A stretch of DNA of 64,000 nt. Source: Octopus sinensis. Taxonomy: Eukaryota. Shown in pieces: positions 14,201 through 29,365 of this stretch. The position numbers and the translations under genes are program-made. The notes under the pieces are model-generated. The model searched no databases. It saw nothing but the letters and a program-made list of their open reading frames with translations, and was not told where the DNA came from. Within the stretch, counting starts at the first letter, position 1. The number at the start of each line of letters is the position of its first letter. Location: assembly GCF_006345805.1 (NCBI RefSeq), contig NC_043005.1:57970001-58034000 (forward strand), read 5' to 3'.

Positions 14201-16939
14201 TGGGAAGCAAGCTTCTTACCACAGCCACACCTGCATCTAAGTACTTATTTTGTCTAAGTCTGATACTTACTTTATCAGTTACTTTGGCTGAATTGTAAGG
14301 GTTTGGGGATGTAACCAAACCAACACCAGTTGTCAAGCGATGTGGCGGGGGACAAACACAAGTACACACATAAATATACTTAAGATAGGCTTCCACACAG
14401 TTTCCATCAACCAAATTTGCTCACAAGGCATTTGTCAACCTGAGGCTTACCCAAAGTGCTGCTTAGTGGGACTGAACTTGGAACCACAGGGTTGCAAAGC
14501 AAGCTTTTAAACCACACAAGCATGCCTGTACGTAAAAATAAACTTAATTCTTCTTTATCTCAGTTCCCACATCCCTTCTAGAAATAAGTACAAGACTATC
14601 TGAGAACATAACCGAAGGCAGACTAGTGGTCAATCCATGAGAAGGAGCACGGTTTATTGTGCGTCTTTTTACGCTATGAAAACAAAGTCATACAGCCACA
14701 ATAAAACTCCAAAGAGCCTAGGAAATTGTAACATTTCCCCATTATCGTAATTGATTAATGTGATGTAGAGACAACACATGGAATTATCACCATGTACTGT
14801 CTACATGAATCCTGCGACGGATTGACGTGCCGTCCAGGTGGGGAATATATACAACGTTGAAACTGGGAAACCGGTCCTCTAAAGGGTGGCATGGCTCGAA
14901 AAGGAAACATTTATTATTTCATTTACTGTCTACATGAAACGTAAAGCAGTATTTCCATACTTTAATAGATTGGTCAAGGGTTACTTCCCCTGAAATTGTA
15001 AGACACCATTTATTATTCGATAAAACATCTGACGCACATTTGAATAAATGTCGAAATTCCATAGACGTTACCATGCTTAACAAGTATTGAAATATATGTA
15101 AATCAAAAGTTATTGATCCTGTAATTTTCCCATGCCTGCCACTCCTATTTGATTTGCGTGAATAGAGAAATATAAAAGGACAAAGTTACTCGAAAATATG
15201 CTTGTTATTATAGAGCATAGAAAGTCAATGTGAGTTTAGAGAGGGGTGAAATCAGAAAAACTGAAATTAAGCACAGACGAAAAAAATAGTGTGTGTAGGT
15301 GTGGGGGATATGTACAGGAAACAACCGGAAAAAAGTATTAGAATTATATGGCCTTGTAATCGATCAGATCAAAGATTTTGGTGACGAGTAATCAATAACT
15401 AACAAGAAAGAAGGAAAAGACGCTTGTCAGAATATATGTGTGTGTGTGTATGTATATATATATATATATATACACATATAAATTATATATATATATATAA
15501 AATCTCAAATGGAATCAAAGTTGAGAGTTGTGTCCCTTGCATACTCGCATAAAGTTTTTTTTGTTGTTTTTTTGCAAGTGAATGTTATTGTTTCACAGGA
15601 GTTTTACGACCACATTGAAAGGGATATAAAAGGAAATGTTGTTGTCGTGTTAGTTCATTAATCAACACCATATCGACATTACGTTCTATAAATCATTGCA
15701 AAAGACATTTTTAACCACATGTTAAAACTCACGCTAACAGAATCAAGGAAGTGTCTTGTGCAACAACTTTGGAAAGCTATTACAAAAAATAATACATCAG
15801 GAACGCTAAAAAGAAGAAAAAAAAAAACGATATCGGAAGCATCACTTAATATTTAGAATGTACGGGTAACTCTGTAGATGCTTCTTTTAGCCAGTTAGTT
15901 TAATTGATATAATTTTAAACCAAACTGCTACCGTCATGTGTCAGGAAATTATAGTTTTTATAGTTTCCAAAAACATGATTATCATAATAGCTCGTTAGGC
16001 AACAGTTGGTTGAGATAATGTTACAGTGGAATTAGATGACATGACTAACTAAAACTAAAGCTGTTCCTTTTATGAAATGACTTCAAATGTAGCCTTGTTC
16101 AATGCAATCATAACCATCTTACAAACAATAACTCTGAGCACCTTTTCAAACTCCACCTGTCTAACACCTGTGGACATGTTTACAAAGTCAGAAAACAGCA
16201 CAGCTCCCATGACTTTCGGAAACATTTTTGCACGCTAAGAGTTGCTGAAGTATGGAACAAACTGCCAGCTTCAGTTGTTAGTTGTCGGAGTACTGCATCC
16301 TTCAAAATTTCCATGCTTCCTAAGATTCGCCAATACTACACCTGATTTTCTCCCCTCTATACACACGCAAGCATGTATCTGACTCATACACTGTTCACTT
16401 TCCAGACATTTGTACATTACTGCATATGCTTATATGCACTTTTGACAAGTTGTGGTGCACCTGAGCACTGTATACAATAATTTCATTATTATTATATATT
16501 TTCAGATCTGGGATGTAAAAAAACACACCAGCAACATACTGGGCATACTGAACAACAAAGAGGTGGGCTTAGTTTCCAGCAATCAAACTATGAGTGCAAA
16601 TTTGATGCCTAGAGTTTTGATAGAGGGATTTATTTTTACCTTTTTTATATTGCTAATTAAGGGGAGAGAAAGGTTGCATCCATCATTCGCATCCTCATCA
16701 TCATTATCATCTTAGCGTCAACTTTTCCATACTTGCCTGGGTTGGACAGAGTTTATTGAGGCAGATTTTCTATGGCCAGATGCCCTTCCTGTTGCCAATC
16801 CTCACCTGCTTCCAAGTAAGATATTTCCCCATGACCAAACAGTGACACTCATATACAACTATCACACAATGTTAAGACAAGAAGACACACCCACACACAC
16901 ATGATACATATATGTGTGTGTGTGTATAGATAGGTATGC

Positions 16940-16970
<31 letters not shown>

Positions 16971-19900
16971 CACACACACACATACACACAAGCTTCTTTC
17001 AGTTTTTATTTGTCTGCCAAATCCATCCACAGGACTGGGAAGCGGGGAGCATTGTAGGAGACACTTGCAATGGGATTGAGCCTGAAACCATGTGGTTGGG
17101 AAACAAACTTGTTATTCACACACCCACACCTGTAGCTGTTGTGACCCTTTATTTTTGCAGGGTCTCTAGAACTGGCAGGATGAACCAACAGCCAAGTCAC
17201 TACAGCTTGACACCAGTGATGTTGATGCTATAGCAGATATCACCTTCATAATCCTCATATAATCATTACTCTCGGTAAATTAGGGCTTGCCCATGTATGC
17301 ATGTGAAGTCTGGATCTGGCCAACTCTGAAGAAGAACCCACTATGGTTCAAAGGAGAGAAAGGCAGCAGCAGCAATGCGTAGTAGGGAGCAAAGAGCAAG
17401 ATGAGATAAGTAAGACATCTTGGTGATCCACTGCATCCAAACCCATGACCCAGTCTTGCCATTAGATTGAAGATGGTCAAAGATGAGAGTGCGAGGTTGA
17501 TGGAGAACAACTTTTCTTCACTTTAAATCATTAGTTCTCTACTGGGGTCCATATGGCCATGTGGAGTTCATATAAGATTTTGTTGGTAAAATTTACCTGT
17601 AATAAACTGGTTATACTTCGACAATACACAAAATCATATTCTAATTTTTTTAATAGAATTCCTAATAGCCTTCATCATCATCATCGTCATTTAACGCTCA
17701 TTTTCCATGCTGGCATGGGTTGGACTGTTTGACCAGAGCTGGCCAGATGAAGAGCTACCTGAGCTCCAATTGTATGTTTTGTCATAGTTTCTACAGTTGA
17801 ATGCCCTTCCTAATGCCAACCACTTCACAGAATGTACAGGGTACTTTTACGTAGCACTGGCGCAAAGCAAACTATAATTGAGAACCACTGCTTCAAGCAA
17901 AGTCGCTGTGCAAATCATCAGTCATTCTTCACCTGGGATGACTAGATAGTCCTCATCATTTTGATGGTCAAACATACATGTGTTTTCATAAGCCTGAACA
18001 GATACAAGGTTATTCTGTCTGAAACACCAACAATTAAGCCCTAGACTGTTTTGCTTTTTTTCATTTTTGTTATGGGGGTGATACTAATAATGAAACATCC
18101 CACCCATGTAACAATAGTTGTTACAAATCCTGTGATGTCGAGCAGTTGGGGTAGTTGGTCATAGATAATTGTGTCTTACTTGTCTAACTAACTATACTGC
18201 TATACTGGAGTGGATGTTATAACAATCCGACATTGGATTACAACAGCAGTGATGAGGAATTATTCACAATGAGTTATGAAACTCACTAAAGTGTAAAATT
18301 ATGGAAGATTTGTTGGCTGGGTTGCTCAAATTTCAAAAAACAGCAACAACTGCAAGAACAACAATTACAATTACTGCAATAAATGATGCAATTAATGAAT
18401 AGTAAGACATCAAAAAATGCTGAAAAGATGTTCTCACTAGATTATGTTGCAAACTCAATAACAGAATTTAAGTATGAACCAGATGAAGGAGTTACCTTTG
18501 CAGTACACTACAGAAGATATGAACAGATCTTCAATAAAGTGCAAAGATGATGATATGAAAATGCATCTAATCCTAAGAAAAATAGCAGCAAGAGAACATG
18601 AGCTTTACAGCAATTATGCACTCCCAAAAAAAGCTTCTGATATAAACTTTAAATATACAATAGACATATTGTGTAAAATTTTTAGAGAGAAGAGCTCATT
18701 GTTCAATACACACTGGAACTGTTTGAACCTAGAAAAGAACAACGAGGAGGACTACATCACATATGTTGGTAGAGCTAACAGAGAATGTGAAAAACTCCGA
18801 CTGGTCAAATTAATGCCAGATATGTCCAAGTGCCTGATATTTGCTCAGGGACTAACTGCAGAAAAAGACACAGAAGTAAGAGTAAGAATTCTCGTTAAGC
18901 TAGAACAAAACCAAACTCTCTTTACAATAAGTGTCAGAAGAGTGTGAAAGAATAGTAAATTCAAGACATGACACAAAGAAAATTGAACATAAAGACTGCT
19001 CCCAAGTGTGTACTAAAATACAGTACAAACAGGACAAAAATCAGGAAACAAACCCATGTTTTGCATGTGGAGGCCTACATTTAAGAAAATGGAATGTTTC
19101 CGTAGTGGAAAAATTGGATACGTAAAAATGCACTGTAAAACTAAGATGACAAAACATTGGAACAAAGAAAAAAGAATAAACAAGATGCCACTGAAAGAAA
19201 ACGGTAATGTGACAAAGAGGAAATTCATAAATGTGAAAATTGAAAATATAAGATTAAAAATGCATTTAGATACTGGAAGTGATATTACCATTGTGAATGA
19301 ATAAACTTGGAAGTGTATCAGTAAGCCAAAATTAAGTAAATCCACAAAAGTAGCACATGGTGTTATGGGTAAAAGATTGTATTTTGTGGGTGAATTTGTG
19401 TAATGTGACATTTCATGACTAAATGAAAACAGCAAAAGTATATGTGTTAAAAAATTCAGTTAATCTATTTGGCACAGAATGGATGGAACTGTTCAAATTG
19501 TGGTATATGCTCGTAAGTGTTTTGTGTGGGAATATAGTCAGTTGAGTCAAAGGTTTGAATGCAGCTGAGGGATTAAAACAAAAAATAAGACATTTACTTC
19601 CATATGTTTTCACGGATGGCTGTGTGGTAAGTAGCTTGCTAACCAACCACATGGTTCCGGGTTCAGTCCCACTGCGTGGCATCTTGGGCAAATGTCTTCT
19701 GCTATAGCCCCGGGCCGACCAATGCCTTGTGAGTGGATTTGGTAGACGGAAACTGAAAGGAGCCTGTCGTATATATGTATATATATATATGTGTGTGTTT
19801 GTGTGTCTGTGTTTGTCCCCCTAGCATCGCTTGACAACCGATGCTGGTGTGTTTACGTCCCCGTCACTTAGCGGTTCGGCAAAAAAGAGACCGATAGAAT

Positions 19901-21559
19901 AAGTACTGGGCTTACAAAGAATAAGTCCCGGGGTCGAGTTGCTCGATTAAAGGCGGTGCTCCAGCATGGCCGCAGTCAAATGACTGAAACAAGTAAAAGA
20001 GAAAAGAGAAAGAGAAAGAGAGAACTGAGCTGCACAAAAAACGAAGGCAAAAATTATAGTAAAACAAAATGCAACACCTTTATTTAAGCCAAAACAGAAT
20101 GTACCATTTGTGGCACTAGAACAGGTAAATAAGGAACTCAAAAGACTTGAAAGCCTATGAATTATCAAGAAGACAGACCACTCAGTCTACTTAAAAAAGA
20201 GAAGTGATAAGTTAAAAGTTTGTGGTGATTTTTCAATGGTGTTGAATTCCTCCCTAAGCGCCATATTTTCTGGCAGACAAGTTGAATTTCTCAGACCAAA
20301 AATTCCATGTGAAATGCAGCAGGATTGGGAAAGATAGTGACGATGTTTGAATGTTTATACTATACGTTTACACTATATAATATGTTGACTTGTATGCAAA
20401 AAAAAAATATGGTAAATGGTAAAGAGAAAAAAAAACAAGTATCCAGACACAGAACTGATTGCATAAAGATTTTGATATAATAGAGCTCTTGAAACACTTA
20501 ACCTTTTACTCTGAGCTGTCTGATTCATTTGCTTTCTAGTAATGCTCATACAAGACAATCTTCTGACATAGAGCATTACACACCACATAATGACATACAT
20601 AAACGTATCACCATACATAAAAGCACAAACACACATGCACACATACCCACACAAATGCTGTATAATCTCTATATATAGAAAGCTTGTCTGTGTATGGCAG
20701 GTTTGGTAACTTTCAACTAACACTATCTACTCCGAGACCATGTGGTGCAAGTTGACCAAAATTGAGAGTATGATAGAAGAAGGCTTGCTCTTCCTTCCAT
20801 AGAAGAAAAAATTCAAATTGGACCATGTTAACACCAAAAATTATTTACATCAAAAAGGTGCTTTTTTCTATGAAAATCCCTATTTTTTTACGATTTTTTG
20901 ACTGCTGTGTTGCCATTTTTCAGTGTATTTCAACCAGAAAAATATTCACTTAAAGAGAATAACAAGCTACATAATGCAAAATTTCTACTTTTCAAATATT
21001 CCAATTCTAAAGGGTCGAAACAAACCCGAGCAAAGCTGGGCGATACTGCTAGTTTCAAATAAAAATGTAAACAAATGCTAACTTTTTAATGGCACAATAT
21101 GAACTTGCCCCTCAAACACAACAATAAAACCACAGCAACAGATTTGAACTCACAATATGTGAATAAATAGCCCAACTGCTTACCCACAGCCATCGTGCAT
21201 CTTTGATTGTCACATATCTCCTTTCTTAACTGGAGATCATATGCAAAGGTAAGAAATCAGTATTATACGATTTGCTAAAATACTGAAAATAACAATGAAA
21301 GATGGTAACAATCTTTCAACAATAACTTTCTTAAGCTTCCATTATCACAATAAAAGAAATTAAAAAAAAAAGGATACAGAAATGGGTTAAGTATGTTTTG
21401 AAAATGAGAATGATTCATATCATTTATGATGTTAAAAGATATATATATATATATATATTTTTTTATATATATATCAAAATATATATGTATATATATATAT
21501 CAAAATATCAAAAAAATATATATATATATGTATGTCTGTGTGTCAAAAAATATATATGC

Positions 21560-21606
<47 letters not shown>

Positions 21607-21786
21607 TTCACACATATATATAGAAAAATATATATATATATATTAAAATATATATATATATATCAAAAAAATATATATACATATTTATGTATGTATATAT
21701 ATATATATAATATATATATATATATAAAAATATATATACATATGTATGTGTATATATATATATATATATCAAAATATATATATATG

Positions 21787-21839
<53 letters not shown>

Positions 21840-21954
21840 TAAGCCCTTATATATAATGTAATATTTTGAATTCGCCTATAATGGTCCCTTTACATACTGA
21901 ATACTTGGTGAAATTGATTAATAATTAATTAATTTTACCCTCAATTGTTGAAAT

Positions 21955-21987
<33 letters not shown>

Positions 21988-22232
21988 ATTTGGTAACCAT
22001 TTCTAATGTCAAAACAGATCCCCTGTTTTCTCCCAAGATATAATGATAATGATAAAGTGAGACCAAAATAAAAAGCCAATTACTAACGATAATGAGTTCC
22101 AACAATAATTATATTGACTTATGATAACAGTATGTGAGAGACATACTAAATTTTTCCCAGATAACGAATGAATACCTCATTGTATCAGTGAATCGCTGAA
22201 GCAGCATCAGAACAGTAATATATAAATATATG

Positions 22233-22288
<56 letters not shown>

Positions 22289-25200
22289 TATAAAAGATAC
22301 ACACAATTAAGTACAGCTGAAAAATTAAACACCTAGAGGGAACAGAGATAAAGATATTACTCTGTCATGAATTAATTATGGTTTGTACACCACGTTGTAC
22401 TATAATGAATGTTTCCAGGGGGAAAAAAAAACAACAACAAACAATACAAGAATTAGTAAGTAAATATTTCACAGCTATATGAAATAAAGAAGCTGCTACA
22501 CTTACTGTGGAGGTGATTTTATAAAATGAGAGTTGCATCATCTTTAAGAGATTGGCAATATCTTCACAAAGGAATTGAAGACGGATTGTAATATGTGACA
22601 GTGAAAGGTGTCAACACAAATAAGTTTTTAAAAAAATAAACAAACAGAATAGGCATAGGCGTGGCTGTGTGATAAGTAGCTTGCTTACGAACCACATGGT
22701 TCCGGGTTCAGTCCCACTGCATGGCACTTTGGTCAAGTGTCTTCTACTATAGCCTCGGGCCAACCAAAGCCTTGTGAGTGGATTTGGCTGGTGGAAACTG
22801 AAAGAAGCCCATTGTATATATGCATATATATATATGTATATATGTGTGTGTGTGTGTGTGTGTGTATGTTTGTGTGTATATGTTTGTGTGTCTGTGTTTG
22901 TCCTCCCAACATCGCTTGACAACTGGGGCTGGTGTGTTTACATCCCATAACTTAGCAGTTCAGCAAAAGATACCAATAGAATAAGTACTAGGCTTACAAA
23001 GAATAAGTCCTGGGGTCAGTTTGCTCAACTAAAGGCAGTACTCCAGCATGGCCACAGTCAAATGACTGAAACGAGTAAAAGAGAATAGGCGCAGGCATGG
23101 CTCCGTGGTAAGAAGCTTGTTTCCCAACCACACGGTTATGGGTTCAGTCCCACTGCATAGCACCTTGGGCAAGGGTCTTCTACAATAGCCTCAGGTCAAC
23201 CAAAACCTTGTGAGTGGATTTGGTAGATGGAAACTGAAAGAAGCCTGTTGTGTATATATATATATATCATCATCATCACCATTTAACATCTGCCTTCCAT
23301 GCTAGCATGGGTGAGACAGGTTCACAAGAGCTAGCCATGCAGACGCCTGTACCAGACTTCTGTGAATGTTTTGGCAGGATTTTTACAGTTGGATGCCCTT
23401 CCTAGCACCAACCAGTCAGCAGAGAGGACTTAGTGCCTTTTACATGGCACCAGCACAGGCGAGGTCAAGTTTTGGCAATGTTTTTACAGCTGGATGCCCT
23501 TCCGAACACCAACCACTTTACAGTGTGGACTGGATGTGGCACCTGCACTGACAGGGTCACCAAGTAATTTGCAAGACAAAACAACCCCACCCACAGTAAA
23601 AAGCAAAAACTTTCAAGACGGAAGGGAACATTGGAGGAGGTGATCTTTTGTCGAGTGATGAAAGGTTATAGTGAGAAAGAAACAGAGAAACAGGTGTCTT
23701 GCTGTAGAGCAAGTAAAAGGTTACCCAGCCGATGGGGGGGGGGAGAGAGATCAGGAATGAAGACAGAAACAAGTGCGCTATCGCAAATGAAATACATGGT
23801 TACCCAACCTGAGGGAAGTGCAGCATACATCAGGCCCAAATATTTTACCTGCTGTATTGCTGTATGTTAAAACTGGGCAGATGCAGCCTCTCACACCTAC
23901 CCTACAATGTCATTCTAAAAAATAAATATTCATACCATTGAAGTGTCAACACTACAATATAATGATTATTGCATGATTAATTGGACATAATTTATTGAAG
24001 CAGATTTTCTACAGCTTCATGACCTCTCAGTTGCCAATGCTCACATGCTTCCAAGCAATGCTTTTTTCCCCATGGCCAGACAGGTTTCCACAGAATATTG
24101 AAAACTGCTTGTATAACAGTAACACTCATTCATAACTATTGTGTGAGGTCAAGACAGAGAGACACATCCATGCAACCGTGCACATACACACACATATATA
24201 CAAACAAATATATATATATATATATATCATCATCATCATCATCATCATTTAATGTCCGTATTCCATGCTGGCATGGGTTGGATGGTTTGGCAGGAGTTGG
24301 CCAGGTAGAAGACTATCCCAGGCAGCTGTGTCTGTCTCAGCATAGTTTTTACGGCTGGATGCTCTTCCTAACACCAACCACCCCACAGAGTGGACTGAGT
24401 GCTTTTAACGTGGCACCAACACAGGCGAGGTCAGTTGTTGCATGGTTTTTACAACTGGATGCCCTTCTAAATGCCAACTACTTCACAACCTTGTGAATGG
24501 ATAAACAACTGGAAACTGGGCTGCTATTTATGAAGGCAGGTCACATTTAGTTGTTGGAAATGGTTTTCAAATAGTGTTGAAATTTCAGCGACTTCTAATA
24601 CATCAAAACAGAGATCACTGAAATTTCAACACTCTTTCTGACATCATGTGACCTGCCTTGACCAATAACAGCCCAGTTTCTAGGAACCATCTTAGACTTC
24701 CTGCATCTTCCTATTCAGCCACCTGAGCTTGATGATCTAGGTTCCCATGGTAGCCAACAGAACTTTAAGTTGCATGGGGCCAAATGAAACGTTTAAATAA
24801 TAAATATATATATAATGGGCTTCTTTCAGTTTCTATCTGCCAGATCTACTTACAAGGCATTAGTTGACCTAGAGCTATAGTAGAAAACATTAGAGTCCAC
24901 ACTGTGGTATTGAACCTAAAAGCCTCAGAGTTGGGGAGCAAACTTCTTAACAACACATCCATGCTTGATGTATGGCACAATTTTCTGATACCTCATGGTA
25001 TTCAATGCTATCACAAAAGAAAACAAAAATAGATAGGTATAACTGTATAGTAAGAACTTAGTTTCCCAACCACATGGTTCTGAGTTCAGTCCCACCGCAT
25101 GGCACCTTGGGCAAGTATTTTATACTATAGTCGAAGGCTGACCAAAAGCTTGTTGCATATGTGTGTATGTGTGTGTGTGCGTTTGTGTATGTGTGTGTGT

Positions 25201-28200
25201 GTGTGTTTGTTCCTCTGCCATTGCTTGACAATTGACCCTGGTGTGTTTATGTTCACGTAACTTAGTGGTTTGGCAAAAGAGACCAATAGAATAAGTATTA
25301 AGCTTACAAAGAATAAGTCCAGGGGGTCAATTTCTTCAACCACAGCCATTTGAGGCAGTGCTCCAGCATGACCACAGTCAAATGACTGAAACAAGTAAAA
25401 GAATAAAAGAAAAACGCCAGACGTGTGTTTTAAATAGCTACTGTAACCCTTTCTGGCATTTGGCTTCAGCTTTAACGCATACCTGCAGACAGATGCCATT
25501 TGCCTAACAACATTACCGTAATGTTTCCATGAAGAATATACTTGAGAGAATTCTTCCCTTGGTGATTTGATTTGTTTAATTTCATTTGTATAATTGTTTG
25601 TGTTCATCATCATTAAGAGGTGTTACTCAGCTTACTCAATGTTTCCTAGATACGTCTCTCTCTCTCTCTCTCTCCCCACCTTCCCTTAACAAGATGGTTA
25701 ACTGTTAGCATAGGGAATCTGGCCGTGAAAGCAATTGCATAGCTTTAACAATTCATATGCAGATCTGATCATTTTTACAAAACAATCTCACATTTTGCTG
25801 AAATGTAATTAAAGATGTTAAGACGGTGCAAGAAAGAAGCTGAGATGTCTTTTTAACAAGTTCAGCATTTTAATTATCTAATTATTGTTGGTCATTAAGG
25901 GTGGTTGACACCTTTCACTTTTAGTATGTTTTGTTTTTTTTGTTTTTTTTTTTCATTTTCTTTTATTCCATAATCTGTCATTAGAAGAAAATTAATATTC
26001 ATTTCAAAAGGCATGGGGGTGTGTTTGAGAAGTTTGCTTTGCAACCTATTCCTTTACTACCCACAAGGGGCTAAACACAGAGAGGACAAACAAGGACAGA
26101 CAAATGGATTAAGTCGATTATATCGACCCCAGTGCGTAACTGGTACTTATTTAATCGACCCCGAAAGGATGAAAGGCAAAGTCGACCGCGACGGAATTTG
26201 AACTCACAACGTAATAGCAGACGAAATACCACTAAGCATTTCACTCGACATGCTAACGTTTCTGCCCGCTTGCCGCCTTGTAACCATTGGCCCTCAGGAT
26301 CAGTCTCATTGTACAACACCTTGGGCAAGTATCTTCTAATATAGCCTCAAGCCAACCAATGCCTTGAGGGAAAAATTGATAGAAACCCATCACGTGTGTG
26401 TGTGTGTGAGGGGTGTGTGTGTGGGGGGGAAAGGGTATGTGTGTGTGTTCGTGTGAGTCTGTGTGTGCACACACACGCGTGCATAAGAGTTATCAGTTCC
26501 ACATCTTACATGAGATTGCTTGGAAGAAGATCAGTTTCGTCATATTTACATTGCCAGAGTACATTATGTCTCATAACTCCATAAGATAGTTTTTGCATGT
26601 GGCAGATGCTCAGGAGCAATAAGCACTGAATATGTGCAGAGAACAACTTCCGCCACACTCCAGGGAGAAAAACTAGAAGTGGTTGGTAGCTTCCGTACCA
26701 TACGAGCGTGATCGTTGCCAGAGCAACAACTTAGCCTCCGTGCCAGTGGCACGTAAAAAACACCATTTGAGCGTGATCGTTACCTGCGTCACCTTACTGG
26801 CACTTGTGCTGGTGGCACGTGAAAAAACATTCAAGCGAGGTCATTGCCAGTGCCGCTGGACTGGCTCCTGTGCAGGTGGCACATAAAGAGCACCATTTGA
26901 GTGTGGCCATTGCTAGTACTGCCTGACTGGCTCTCGTGCCGGTGACATGTAAAAGCACCCAGTACACTCTCGGAGTGGTTGGCATTAGGAAGAGCATCCA
27001 GCTGTAGAAACTCTACCAGATCAGACTGGAGTCTGGTGCAGCCATCTGGTTTGCCAGACCTCAGTCAAATCGTCCAATCCATGCTAGCATGAAAAGCAGA
27101 TGTTAAACGATGATGATGATGATGATGAAGGATTTTATCTGTGGTCATTTGTTGACCACAGCCACTTTCAGCTATTCTCAGATACCATGGCTATTTTTCT
27201 AGCAGCCCTTCTAGCTGTTCAGGTTCTAAAATAATCTTTTACAAAAAATAGGGTACTGATTTTTTTGCAGGGAAACTACAGTAGCACACTTCAGTGAGGA
27301 ACAAGGTTGCAAGAACCTCGTCCAGCAAGTCCTGCTATCTGGCTTTCTTCAGTTGATGAGAATAGAATATGGAAAACAAAAATAAATAATTATGAACAAA
27401 AATAGAATTGAAACTCAATTAAAATTAAAATTTAAATTTGCATTGATAAAAGACTCGGCTTTTTATTAAATTCTGATTCAATTTTAATTTCAGAATCACC
27501 CATTTCTGTATCTCTTCTCAGCACCACATCAGACCACAGCCCCAGCCATATCTTCATTTTATCATTATGAAATTTCAAAATATTAAAAAACAAAATACTT
27601 TAAAAAATATATATAACTGTTACTTAATGATTGATCTGATAGAAAAATTAAAAAATTGATTTCTAAATTCGGCACAAAGCTACAAAGTGGGAGAGGGGTA
27701 GGAGAGAGGAATGGAGGGGGCAGTAGTTGTTGATTTAATTAAAACCAGTGTTTGACTGAATATTTTTTTTTATCAGATCCAGAAGAGTAGAAAAAAAAAT
27801 CAACCTGGGGTGGGTATTTGAATTCAGAATTTAAAGGTGCATAACTAAATACTACAATGCACTTTATCAATTCTGGGTAACCTTCTAACCATTTCTTTTT
27901 TTTTTTTTTGGAGGTGGGTAGTGGAAAAAGGAATATTGATTTCTAACATTGTCACAATGTTATATATTTATATTTGGAAAAAATTAAAACTAATACCAAA
28001 CTGTTTGATTAGGTACAATACTGTTTTCTGCAAGAAACAGAGTGTTACAATCAACTGGCTTTGCCTGATGTATTACTGGTATGAATTCTATCAACTTTGG
28101 AAACTTAATGGAAGATAGAAAACAGTTTTCAAACATTCAAAGCAGAACAAAGTCAGAAAATCTTCTACATGAAAGTGGTCAAGGTGTTGGGTTCCTAATT

Positions 28201-29334
28201 ATAAAGTTATAGGTTCAATTCCAAGACTTGGCAGCAAGTTATGTCCTTGAGAAAGGCATTTCATTTCATGTTGCTTCAATCTGCTCAACTGAAAACGGGT
28301 ACGATCTGAGTGCTGGTGCAGCCCTCTCTTTCCCTCTGATTGTCACATCTTGGATGTTCTCCAGGGTCAAGAAAGGAGAAGAAAGCTGAGAGGGTGTCTA
28401 TATCTATTTATGACTATATAGGCACCTAAAACAATCAGCAAAAGCACGGTATATGTCACCCAAGTCATATTTGCTTGTGAGTGGCCAAAACTAGAAAACC
28501 CTTCACATAAATGTAGTCAGTGTGTTGGTCGCATGATCATAAAGTCCTGGGTTCAATTGCTGAATTGGGTAGCACTGTGTCCTAGGGCAAGGCACTTCAT
28601 TTCATGTCAGTCCAGTCTACTCAGTTAAAAATGAGTACCAGCTGAGTGCTGGTTCAACCCACCCTACCTCCTGCTGTCTTATCCTAAATGTACCACTGGA
28701 TCAAAGAGTAAGAGGGCTAAGGAGCTATGTATGTCTGCTTGTGACCATGTAAGAACCTAAAACAATTAAGGTAAGCAGGGTACATACAACCAAGTTATAT
28801 TCACTTCTAATTAACAGTTGTGATTTTTAATTAGTTGTATGTTAGTTACTTTTACTCTCAATATGGCTAAATGGTTAAGAAGTGTGCTAACAATCACAAG
28901 CTCCTGTGTTCAATGTCAGTGTGAAATTTTAGGTAAGTGTCATTTTCTATAGCATCAGGTCAAATATGAGTGAAAATAAGTTAGGTAGACAAAAACAACC
29001 ACTACCACTCAGCTTCCTGAGGTCATTGTTCAATCACATCATCTAAACAAACAAATGATAGAGCCTCTGAATGGTTCTTGACCTACAAGAAATAGTTTCC
29101 AGCTTACAACAACCAAAGATGTATTTCTGGAACAGTCTGCAACTGTTTATATTATGCCAGCTTGGAAAAATAAAAAACAAATGTAGTGGTAAGTAGCTTG
29201 TTTACCAACCACATGGTTCCGGGTTCAGTCCCACTGCGTGGCACCTTGGGCAAGTGTCTTCTACTATAGCCTCGGGCCGACCAAAGCCTTGTGAGTGAAT
29301 TTGGTAGACAGAAACTGAAAAAAAGCCCGTCGTA

Positions 29335-29365
<31 letters not shown>

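Noticed and set aside
17280-17510. GFGCSG resembling a dUTPase motif
   Set aside because: One short motif with no other dUTPase motifs nearby.
18474-18947. 157-aa ORF as a nested host gene
   Set aside because: It is the gag part of a frameshifted Gypsy remnant.
19617-19690. tRNA gene calls from A/B-box-like heads
   Set aside because: These are SINE heads fused to SINE bodies; I could not fold a complete cloverleaf.
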